DNA of 64,000 nucleotides from Vitrella brassicaformis CCMP3155 (taxonomy: Eukaryota; Protista; Chromerida), in the NCBI GenBank assembly GCA_001179505.1, contig CDMY01000098.1, positions 127,295-191,294 on the forward strand, read 5' to 3'. The notes below the pieces were generated by a model, which saw only the letters and a program-made list of their open reading frames with translations, was not told where the DNA came from and made no database searches. Each line of letters starts with the position of its first letter. Position 1 is the first letter of the stretch. Below are positions 37,015 to 48,343 of the stretch, in pieces. A program made the translations under genes and the position numbers.

Positions 37015-40000
37015 TGCGTGTGTGTGCGTGTGTGTGCGTGTGTGTGGCTGTGCAGGCGGACCACATAAGGCTGGACCTCGACCCTCGCAATCCTAGCAAG
37101 AATGTCGGCAGATGTGAGCAGCCACACACACACACACACACACGCCACGCGCCTCACCGCTTTATCTATCATATGTCTGTCGCCCACACTCACTCAGGTT
37201 ACGTCGAGTTCGACGACCGTCGCGACTTTGAGGATGTGTGGAAACTCGAAGGAGAGGTGCGGACACACTCACACACAATATGTCTTCAATCACACGCAGG
37301 CACACACTGACTGCCTCCCCTCCATGGGTTTCAGAGGATGCTCGGCCGCGAGATCCGCATCAGCCTGGCCGACGAGATGAAGGGCGCCATCGGCGGCCGG
37401 GGGGCGCCTGGCGGCCGACGCGACGACAGAGACAGACCTGGATACGGCTTCACGCGCAGAAGGCAAGACTGACAAGCCCACACACACAGACAGGCAGCGC
37501 ACAGATCTTTGTGTGCATGTGTGTGTGTGTGTGTGTATGTGCAGCAGCAGGGAGGATGACTATTATCGTGACTCTGACTACCATCGCGGCTATAGCTATG
37601 GCGGTGGTGGTGGCGGTGGCGGTGGCGGTGGGGGCCGCGACAGGTACCCCAACCTCGGGCGCTCGGACAGAGACCGAGACGGTGGCTACAGGGACAGGGA
37701 GAGGGACCGGCGGCCGTCATACGGCCGATACGACGACAGAGATCGGGACAGAGACAGAGGTAAGCAAAGCCATCCATCCATCCATCCCTGGCTCCACCCA
37801 CACCTGGATGGCGTGCATTTCAGGCGACATGACCCCAGCGAGCAGCGTCAGCCACGGCGGGCGGCACGTCCACTCGCCCAGCGAGACCCCCAAGTCGTCG
37901 GCACACGGGGCGACGGCAGCAGGGGAAGACAAGCCCTTCCACCCGGTGCAGCACCTCCACCTCGACAAGCCCAAGGGGCCCATCGACACACCCGCATCGC
38001 TCCCTAGGCAGTGAGTCAGTCACTTCTTCATAAGTGCTGTGCTCGCTCGGCTTAAGAGCTTGATTTGTCATGGTGGCTGGTGGTGTGCATGCTATGCTCA
38101 TCTGAGTCTCTCTCTAACTGTCTGTCTGTGTGTGTCTGTGTGTGTGTGTATTAGGGGCCGCACAGCGTCGATATTCGGCACGGGTAAGCCTCGCGATGAG
38201 AAGGAGATCCAGCAGCGGAAACAGGTGAGGCGTCTAGCAATCTCCCTCCCTCCCCGCCGCCTCATCTCACCACCCCACCACCCCACCATCCATCCATTCA
38301 CTGATTCATTGGCTGCAGGAGGAGAGGGCCAAGGACGACCCGCCCACGCCCGCGTCGGCGTCTGGGTCTGCCTCTGCGTCGGCGGCACACGCCCATGACG
38401 ACCCACATGACCACCACGGTCATGGACACGGACATGGACATGGACATGGACATGGCGGCAGCGAGTTCCATCAGGAGGAATGGGACAAAGGGCAAAGGTA
38501 CGCTTCCCTCCCACCCCTCCACAGGACTCACCCCCGACACGCACTCTCACTTTGCTACTGTGTGTGTCTGGTGTCTGCTGTCTACTGCTCAGGTCACAGG
38601 GCGAGCCCAAGCACACCCACACCCACACGGACAAGGAGGGTGACGACGACGACGACCACCACGACCACCCCCCTGGCCAGCCCACCCCGCCGGCCGTGTC
38701 GGCTACAGCGGCCATCAAGCCCTCAGGGGGCGGGGGCAACTACTGGAAGGACCGAGAGCAGCAGCACCAGCACCAGCAGCATCATGGCGAGACCCTGCCG
38801 TCCGGCTCGCTCATAACGCCTCAGGGGGTGGTGCCCCGCTCACACCCGCCCCCGCCCCCCTCCCGTCCGCCACCGCCTGTCGACGGTCAGTCTGTGTGAG
38901 AGGAGAGAGAGGTCCATCACGGCCAACAGAAGTGACAACACGCCTTCTCTCTCTCTGTGTGGGTGTCTCTGGGTGCAGCAGATGAGTCACCACCCAAGCA
39001 GGAGCAGCAGCCGGCATATCGCATCCTCAAGAGGGAGGACGTCCCTCCCCATCATGCCGCCGACTATGGCGACGACAACCATCAGCATGAGGGCGATCAT
39101 GGTGAGGGCGACAGCGACGGCCTGTTCGACCAGGAGGAGGGCGACGAGTGGACCAAGACCACCAAGACGCCCAAAAACATGAAGTGGCAGGCCAAGCGTG
39201 AGAATGAAGAATAAGAGCATCTGCTAGTGTGTGCAGGGGGTGAGGTGATATGTGTGGGTGTGTGTGTGTCACCGTGTGCGTCAGGTTCGGAAACCGACCT
39301 GTCGCCGACGGACCACGGCAAGATAGCAGAGATTCCTGAGGCTAAAGGTGGGTTTAGGTGCGAGCGACATGGACACGCGGACGCACTCACCACCCGCCAC
39401 AGCCACAGCACCTTTCTCTGTGTGTGGGTCCATGTGCAGCATCGCCCGTCACACCCCCTCCGCTCAGCAGTGGTGGCGGCGGCTCTGTGTGGGGCCGCCC
39501 GGGACCATCATTCGCCGCTGTCGTCAAAGGCGAGTCGGCCACTCCCCCTTCGCCCGCTCCCCCAGCAGCCCCAATCCGTTATATCAACAACACCACCAGC
39601 AGCAGCAGCAGCACCACGAGAGGCCGAGGGCGGGCCAACGGGGCCTTCAACAACACCAGTACCAACAGCAATAATCAGGCCATCCGGCCGCCACCATTGG
39701 GCGGTATCGGAGGTGACCACAAGCCTCCGCTGATTCTGAAGGTGCCGCAGGGGGGCCCCCCGGTGCCCTTCGACGAGGGCGTGCACATGCAGCAGCCGGT
39801 GCCCCCGATGGTGGGAGGGCCGCGGCCGCCGCATATGGAGCATCGTGGCCGTGGGAGGGGTTTGTTGGGGAGGGGGGCGGACGGCATGGAACACCGAGGA
39901 GGGAGAGGGGGCGGCCGCGGTGGAAGGGGGAGAGGAGGTCAGTCAGTCGCGCGCACACACACACACACACACACGCACGACTGATTGATACCTACCAAAG

Positions 40001-41061
40001 ACAGAGACAGAGAGTGAGGGAGACGATGCTCTGTGCCCTTTCAGGTGATTTCTACGGCAACGCCTACGATGAGAACTGGCGGACCGGTGCACCCACACCA
40101 CCCAGAGGTAACCACACATCAGACCAGACGGGCAGGAACCATCCCTCAATGTGTTGTGTTTCTGCAGGCCGTGCTTTCCCACGCGGCGGTCGTGGTGGGC
40201 ACCCTCGCGGCCGCGGCGACTGGGCTGCCGGCCCGACCACACACGACGGTGACGGCATCCTGGGGCCGGGAGGAGGTCACGGGCTCCACGGCCATGACGG
40301 CCCCGGTGACGCGCAGCACGATGGCGACCAGCAGATGGTGGGGTCGCCCACGTACAACCAGTCGTCGCAGAGGACGCCCACTGGCAGGGGAGGCAGAGGG
40401 GGCCGCGGCAGAGGTCAGTAACTAATACACACACAAACCAGACGACAACCAACCAACACACCAGAACCGCACTGCTTGCTGGACTACATGACACTTCGCT
40501 CGCTCAGGTAACCTCGGTTATCGCCCCAAACAGGGCAGCCCCTCGCCCACGTCGTCCCCTCATCCAGCCGACTCGCCCGAGCCGCAGGTGGACGGCCACG
40601 GTGGCCGGGAGGACAACAGCCCGGCTGCCCCTGCTGCTGCCGGTGGTGCTGGAGCTGGGGGGGAGGGTGGTGGTGGTGGTAGTGGCGGTGGTAAGGAGGG
40701 CATTGTGCGTCGTCACGACGAGCTGTCGAGTCAGAGCACCCTGCCGATGGTGGGGTCCATCTCCATCAACGGCAAGGGCAACGAACACCTCACAACCGGT
40801 ACGCTGATCAGAGAGAGAGGGAGAGGGATGGACGGACGGATGGATGGATGGATGACCCCATGTATCTCTTCCTCTGTGCGTGTGTGTGTGTGTGTGTGTG
40901 CAGCGTCTCGCCAGCAGGCCGACAAGGAGGAGGGTGCCGCCAGTAGTAAGGGTGCTGGCGGCGGTGCCCCTGGCAAGAAGGGCTCCTCCAAGGGCAGCAG
41001 CGGCGTCTCCGCCAACAACCCCTTCGCCGCCCTCCAGAACGATGATGACGACGACGACTGA
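36094..41061 (+). CDS. EIF4B: Translation initiation factor eIF4B-like RRM protein with DRYG/RGG repeats
   Basis: WADVSDDE; RRM (PYCLMLHNIPYE, GYVEFDDRRDF, MLGREIRISLA); D/R/Y/G-rich region; ASIFGTGKPRDEK motif; RGG stretches; C-terminal SANNPFAALQNDDDDDD*. Confidence 0.75.
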
Positions 41062-42262
41062 CTGACTGCCTGACGAGCGGCATCCGGGCGTCCCGTCTCG
41101 TCTCCCTCTGTCTCTCTGGCTCTCTCTGTGTGTCGTCAGTCCCACACTCATTCGGTAGTCACCTTAGATGTACCATTAGCAAGGGGTGGGTGTGGGTGTG
41201 GGGGTCGGTGTGTGGGTGGGCAGGATGGATGGATGTGATGGCGGCTTTTAAGAGAGGGAGAGAGGGGGATGTGTGGGCGGACGATGGTGGGGGGACGGCG
41301 GTGGGTGAGGTGAGATGGTGGGTGGATTGAAGACACCTGAGTGACACGATGGATGGATGGATGGATGTCGCACTCGCTTCGCTTCTTTTTGTTGACTGCA
41401 TTGTTGAATGTTGTCGCCTCCAGAAGCCCGCCCTCACTCAGTCAGCTGATTGTATCTATATTTATGAGGTAGTGTGTTTGTGGTATGTGTATGGTGTGCT
41501 CTTCCTCTGCTCGAGCGCTCGCTCAGTGGCTGTGCACTGAGCGAACCGCTTGAGATGAGGTTGTGCACCACACGCACACACTACACAGACACACACACAC
41601 ACACACACACAATGGCAATGGAAAACATCGACACACTCGACGGCTCACTGACGGCGATTGATTATTTCATCGCCGTGTTCATTTCTTGGACACCCCACAA
41701 ACCAAACCCACTTGGATGGATGGATGGCTAGATGGCCGGCTGGAGGGATGGTTAACTGAGTGGGTACCGGTCTGGGGCGTGCACGTGTGTGTATGCCTGT
41801 GGTGCGATAGAGGCGACTGGCTCACCTAGTGGCAGGCAGGCACGTTCCCAGTGGCAGGCATTCAGGCAGGCAGGCAGCTTGACGTGACTTAAGTCCCCAT
41901 GCATGTGGATCTCTCTGTGAGCTTACGTGTGTGTGTCTCTCTCTGCCTCTCTGTCTGTCGGTGTGCTGACGAATCAATCCCTGCTGTTTAACCCATGGAC
42001 ACACACACACGCCCTGCACCCTGCACACTGCACTGCCGGCCCCCCAATCCAAGCCGCAGCCCCACACAGACAGACACACCAGGTTGACTGACACGTGAGA
42101 TCATTGATCATCTTTGGGCGGCCAGATCGGATCGGCCTGCCTTTTCAAAAACAGCACTGTGTCGGTCGTTGAGGGGAAAACAAAAACCTTAAAAAAACTC
42201 GGAGTTCTTCTCGGGTGGATGGAAAAGTGCTGCTGTCGGTAGTGGGTGCCGCTGCCCGGCAC

Positions 42263-43535
42263 TCACTTCTTGACTGCATTGCACCCCCCCACACACCCAC
42301 GCAGAGAGACAACAAGTACACCAAGTTGGTTGGTGCTATTTCTATGTCTCTCTCTCTCTCTCTCTGTCTCTCTGCACCCACCTTTTTTGTAGCATTTGGG
42401 GCCCTTGCCTTTGGCGCTATAGCAGCACTTGAGCAGCTGCAGACAGACAGACAACAGCAGCACAGACACCAAGCACATCACATGCATATGCGTCTCACCT
42501 CACCCACACTCATCCCCATTCATTGTCACCCATTGTCAATGATCAGTGGTCACTCACTTTGCAGGCGAACTGGCCGGTGCCCTTATTGCCGCAGCGCTTC
42601 TTCTTCTTGACCGGCACGTTCTTGCAGGTGCCTACACACACACACAAACACACACACACAAAACACCGAGAGAGAGACACAAGCCATCCATCCAGCCATC
42701 CATCCATCCACGAACGGTTCGGTGGGAGTCTTTGTGCACCTTTTTTCGGCGGAGCGGTCATGCGCTTGAACTGCACCTTGGGCTTGACGGGGACGGGCTT
42801 GCGGCCCTTGATAATTTTCATCGCGTTGATGATCTTCTTCTCGCCCTGAGAGACACATATAATACACAGACAGACAGGCACACAGAGGGAGGGGGGAAAG
42901 GCTGGCTGGCTCGCTGGCTGCCATCTCTCATCTCTCTCTGTGTGCTGTGTTGTGTTATGTTATGTTATGTGTGTGAGGGTGCTTGCCTTAAGTGATGTGA
43001 TGCGCAGCTTGAGGGGCGGCTTGATGAGGTTCTTGGGCCACTTGCCGGGGATCTGGCTCGTCTTGATCTGACATGCAGGCATACACGCATCGCATGTACG
43101 TGTCTCGCCTGTCCCGTTTGTTTGAGTCTCTCTCTCTCTCTCTCTCTGTGTGGGTGGGTGGGTGGGTGGGTGAGGAGGCGGCGGCGCCTTCCTTGTCCTA
43201 GGCACCTGGAAGAACCCGGCTTTCCATTTGAGGTTGAACCACTTCTTGGCGTTGCGGTGCCAGTACCTGACCGACGGCACACACACATCCACAACATCCA
43301 CACACACATTCAACTCTCTCTCTCTCTCTCGAGTCGCTCGTGTCTCCCCGACTCACTCAGTTTTGATGGCCGGCATGGGCATGTTCCGCGGCTGCACGCC
43401 GATGTAGTGCACGCTAGACGCGTCGTCAAATATGATCTGCACACCCGCCTTGCCGGGGTTGCAATCCTGCGCACGCACAATCGCCCACACCGCACGGAAA
43501 GGCAGTCCGAGCAAAATGGACAAATGGATCTCTGT

Positions 43536-43566
<31 letters not shown>

Positions 43567-44930
43567 GGGGGGNNNNNNNNNNNNNNNNNNNNNNNNNNNN
43601 NNNNNNNNNNNNNNNNNNNNNNNNNNNNNNNNNNNNNNNNNNNNNNNNNNNNNNNNNNNNNNNNNNNNNNNNNNNNNNNNNNNNNNNNNNNNNNNNNNNN
43701 NNNNNNNNNNNNNNNNNNNNNNNNNNNNNNNNNNNNNNNNNNNNNNNNNNNNNNNNNNNNNNNNNNNNNNNNNNNNNNNNNNNNNNNNNNNNNNNNNNNN
43801 NNNNNNNNNNNNNNNNNNNNNNNNNNNNNNNNNNNNNNNNNNNNNNNNNNNNNNNNNNNNNNNNNNNNNNNNGGGGGGGGAGGGCACGCACCACTGCTCT
43901 CCACCAGGTCTTGAAGAGGCCCTTCTGGTTATAGGGCTTCACAGACACGTCCAGCTGGTTCTTGTAGTAGCAGTCAGCACAGCTGACACACACACAGAGA
44001 TGGATTCAGGCTCCATCCATCCAGGCATGGCTCAGCTTAGCTTGGTGTGGCTTACGCATTGTTGACGAAGAGTCTGAGCACTTTGCCTTTGGGCGGGTAC
44101 TCCTTCTTGTTGGGGCCGGGCACGCCGCCCTTGGGATTCGTGTGCGTCGCTATCGCCTGCACACACACATGACATGGATGGATGGGATGGGGTGCATGCC
44201 ATGCCGTGCTGTCACCACACAAACAAAACAACCAAAGGGACACAGGCATGCACCTCACTCAACTCAACTCACCTCGATACACATGCCGCAAGTCTTGCCC
44301 TGGAGTGTCAGCCAACACACACACACACACGGCCGTGGATGAGATGGATTTTGCTGCCGGCAAGCCAAAGCCGAAGCCATGTGCCCGTCTATCCTCTCTC
44401 CCTCTTACGTTGGCGAATGTGTTGCCGCCGACGTTGGGCAGGGCCACGGAGCCCCACACGCCGTTCTTCCCCGAAGGGGGCTGATGAATGAACGGATGGA
44501 CGCAATGCATGCATGCCAGCGAATGACAACGGGGTGGTCTCTTCAAAGCTTTGTCCGGATCTCTCTCTCTCGTGTGCCCTTTGATGCACCGGTGTGTACC
44601 TCAGGGAACATATGACAAGTCCCACGGGCATCTGAACACACGGAGGCATTGAACACAACACACATCCCCCACAGAAAGATGGGCGTTGTCCATCCATCCA
44701 TCCGTCCATCCATACGCACTTTTGGTGAGGGGGTGGTAGTGGCTGATGCTGCCCAGTCTCACCCCCTTGTACAGCGACTTGGCCTTCTGAACGTCCTTCT
44801 GCCCCTCAACTGCCCACACACCACACACCGTCAGCCGAAGCCCTTTCTGCCCTTTTCTCGCCACTCCCATGTGTTATTTCTCACCGAGGGAGCCGATGAA
44901 GGCCACTGTTACCAGGATAGAGAGCCCCAT
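42263..44930 (-). CDS. Secreted expansin-like protein (DPBB + CBM63) with a C-terminal trefoil(P-type)-like domain
   Basis: Signal MGLSILVTVAFIGSLG. Domain 1: HYHPLTKNARGTC, GKTCGMCIE, LFVNNACADC, NQLDVS, WRAVDC. Domain 2: IIFDDASSVHYIGVQPRN, WFNLKWKAGFF, PLKLRITSLKGEKKI, KVQF. Tail: C-x10-CG-x8-C-x4-CC-x9-CY. Confidence 0.8.
43573..43872. other. Assembly gap (300 N)
   Basis: Run of N with poly-G on both sides. It lies in an intron of the expansin gene; WRAV|DCNPG splices across it without a missing exon. Confidence 0.99.
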
Positions 44931-44992
44931 GACCAAAATGCCCTCCACGAGGAGCCTCTTGATGATTGTAAACGGATCTACCTTGAGGCGTC

Positions 44993-46703
44993 ATGATCTT
45001 TCTTGTTTTCGTCGTCGCGTCGCTCGTGGGAGCATTGGGGACGTCCCTACGCCACATGAGGCTTCAGCAGGAGCCGAATCAGCCGATGACCCATCCTGGG
45101 CCCATGCCGTCTGGTGAGATCTGAAACAGGATCTGAACAAAATGGGAGATCCATCGGTAGATCTGAGTGTGTGGGGATGCGTGTGGTTCAGGAGACCCCA
45201 TGTGCAAGAGCGGCATTGTCAGCAAGGACCTCGCCGTCTGCTGCAGACCTGAATGGTGCGCAGCGCATGAACCTTCCAAAGAAAAAGCTTAAGACGGAGG
45301 AGAGGTCCTTGGGTGTGTTGTGTGTTGTGCTGTTGTGCTGTTGTCGTCGTGCAGCTCCGTTTGCTCTGACTATGAGGACTGCAAGGTCGCAAAGTGACTG
45401 ACCAGCCATGCATCTCGCAATGTGTGTGCTGCACTGCACTGCAGGCGAGCCCCAATGTCCCCGCCCACTGCTGCCCGGCGCTCATCGTCAAAGGTGCGTG
45501 TGTCCGCCTCATGCATGGCTGCGCGAGAATAGCAGGTGGGTGCATGTCGATGCGTGGCTGCAGCTATGGAGTCGTGTGATGCCACGCATCCGCCGTGTGT
45601 CTTGTCGGAGACATTCAAGAGTAAGTGGGGGGGGGGCTGCCTGCCTGCCTGTCTGTCTGTCTGTCTGTTTGTGTGTGTGTGTGTGTGTGTGCATCGCTAT
45701 GTGTGACGTATGCAGCGAGTGGGCAGGAGTTCCCTGTGGGCGTCAACGACACGTCAGCCGAATGCAACTCGGTCGAGAGGAACGGTCAGCGTGTCTGTCG
45801 TCGGCACATTCACATACGTACTGAATGTGTAATGATGGTTGGTTGATGCATTAGAGAACTCTCGTCAGGCTGCCGCTGCCGCAAAGGGAACGGTCGGCCC
45901 CACACCAACCAAACAGAGACATAAGGGATTCTTTCACTTGGATGGTTGCAGGTGTCTGGCAAGGCCATCGGAGCTGCCAACGCCGCCGACGTGAAGACGG
46001 GACTGATCATGCCATAGCTATGTGTCTCACTCTCTCTGTCTATGCAATGCAGGGGCTGACCGACTACGTCATGAAGAACGCGCCGAACAGTGAGCAGTCG
46101 ACAGAGGCACAGGCACACCGAGCCGACGCGCAAATGGCGGTGTGGAGAGAGAGAGAGGGAGGGAGGGAGGGAGAGAGAGAGGGGGATAAGCCAGGTCGCG
46201 AGGGCATTCCTTTGTTGCCTGTTCTGTTTATGCAGGCTGGCGTGGCTGCACAGCAGGCCCTCGACCCCACCAAGACAGCCCAAGACATACAGCCAAACAC
46301 GTACGCAGCCACGCACACACACACACAGAGAGAAAGAGAGAGAGGGACAACATCGATCACTGGAGCATGTGGTGTGGTGTGCGGCAGGGACCATGCCGTG
46401 AGTGCGCGTGATGCGGTGCGGGCCATCGCTGAGGGCATCGCCGCCGCCAAGACGCAGACGTATGACACACAGGCGCCACATGCCCCCAGTGTGTCGCCAG
46501 CATGACGCCAGCCAGGGTGGACAGACAAGTGGATAGACCATATGGTTTGGTGTGTGGACTGACGGACGATTGATCGCATGTGTGTGTGATGTCAAAATTT
46601 CGATGCAATGTATTGCAATGGTCTGCATCATGATGTACTCAGATTCGTCCACAGTCCACCCCTAATCCACCTAATCCATCCATCCATCCACCCATCACCA
46701 TAA
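44993..46703 (+). CDS. Secreted Cys-rich + Ala-rich hypothetical protein
   Basis: Signal MIFLVFVVASLVGALG; module GDPMCKSGIVSKDLAVCCRPECSVCSDYEDCKASPNVPAHCCPALIVK; Ala-rich helical C-half (AGVAAQQALDPTKTAQ, AVRAIAEGIAAAKTQ). The 3' end is uncertain (46450-46700). Confidence 0.65.
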
Positions 46704-46907
46704 ATACATCACCCCAATGTGCCTAGGCCACAGAACGCATAGATCCACCCGCCCCGCCCCGCCAGCGGCACACAGACACACACACTCACACTCACAAACA
46801 CACTTGTACAGAAAAAGGGCGTCGATGCACTGAGTGCATCGCGCCCACCCGTCCACCGCATCATGTGATCGTCAGACACATCCTCCCTCTCCATTCGTCA
46901 AGCCACG

Positions 46908-48191
46908 TTAGACAGTTGCGAGGGCTCTCTGGAAGTACTGGTTCTTGAGCATGCCTGCACACACACACACACACACACACAGGTGTGAATCTAATCTCAC
47001 ACTCCATCCCTCTCCCTCTGCTGTGCAGTGCAGTGCAGTGCTCACCCTTGTACATCTCCACGAATTGTTCCTTCTTGCCCATGGTCTCTTGCACACTCTT
47101 GACCGTCAGCATCTTCTTGTACCACGCCAGAAAGGCCCGGGACCCCTTCAGCAGCTCCTCCCAGCCAACCTTCTTGAAGGCCCCGTGTGTGGCCGCCGCA
47201 CGCTCCACAAACGGGAAAAGGGCGATGTCGGCCAACGTCATCTTGTCGCCGACGAACCAGCTCGACTTGGAGGCGTTGGCCTTGAGCATCATCTCGAGGA
47301 AGGCGATCTCATCCATCAGTTTCTGCTTGAGCATTGCCTCTTTCTTGGGCTTGTTGCAGCTGAGGTAGAGGTAGAAGGCCTTGACGAAGGCGTCGACTCG
47401 CTGCATGACGATGCGCATCCTGGCCCGCTGCTGCAGGTCTGCCGGCATGAGAGAGCTGCAACCAACACAGACCCGGTGCATTCAAACATGCACGCACTCA
47501 CGCGCACATTGTGTGGTCACTGTGGTGTCACATTTCACCTCTGGAATGTCTCAGCGAGGTACTCGTTGCACACATTCGACTCGTATACGACATCATCGAA
47601 GTACTGGACCACAGGCACCTTGCCTGCAACACACACAGACACACATGCACACACACAGACACATAGAGAGCGCCGGACAGGACGTATGCGTGTGGCCACA
47701 TCGCCCCTTTCGCGCACGCACCATTTGGGTTCATCTGTTTGAACCATGCCTCCTTGTTGTCCTTGCCAAGCACCACATCCTTGTGCTCGTACCTGAGGGA
47801 GGAGCAAAGGCAAACCACATCTATCCACACTCACACACATGCAGCCAGCAATCACGCTTACGGCACGCCGAGCTCCTTGAGCACTATCCACGTTCTCTGC
47901 GCATACGGACACCCTGCACACACACACACATCCATCCATCCATCCATTCACAGACCTCCCCAGGCACCATCAGATAGATCTGTTACGTCCGTTCGTGTAG
48001 AACTTGAGCTGCGGCAGGCTCTTCAGCTCTCGCTGGTCACTGTTGCTCTCCACCGCAGCTGCAGGGGCAGGGGCAGCCACGGTTGCTGGCGGTTTCAACG
48101 CCGCTGCTGCTGGCTGAGAGCGCCTTCCGATGGCGTCGCAAGCTATGATGAGCACGGAAATGACCACCAATGAAGCAAACCCACCCATCAT
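46908..48191 (-). CDS. Omega/lambda-type glutathione S-transferase with a signal peptide and transit-like leader
   Basis: KFYTNGRCPYAQRTWIVLKELG; NPNGKVPV; VYESNVCNEYL; WFVGDKMTLADIALFPFVER. Leader MMGGFASLVVISVLIIAC is followed by an Ala/Pro-rich spacer. Confidence 0.9.
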
Positions 48192-48343
48192 CTTGCTTGG
48201 ACGTGAGAAAAGAGAAGCAAAGATGGAAAAGTGCTCAGCGCGCAGATTGGCGATCGGTGTCGGGAATGGGTCATTTCCTTCTCCCGTTGCCGATGCTCTC
48301 CGTCCTGCCTGTGTGATCCTCAGTGTATGTGCAGCAGCCGCAT

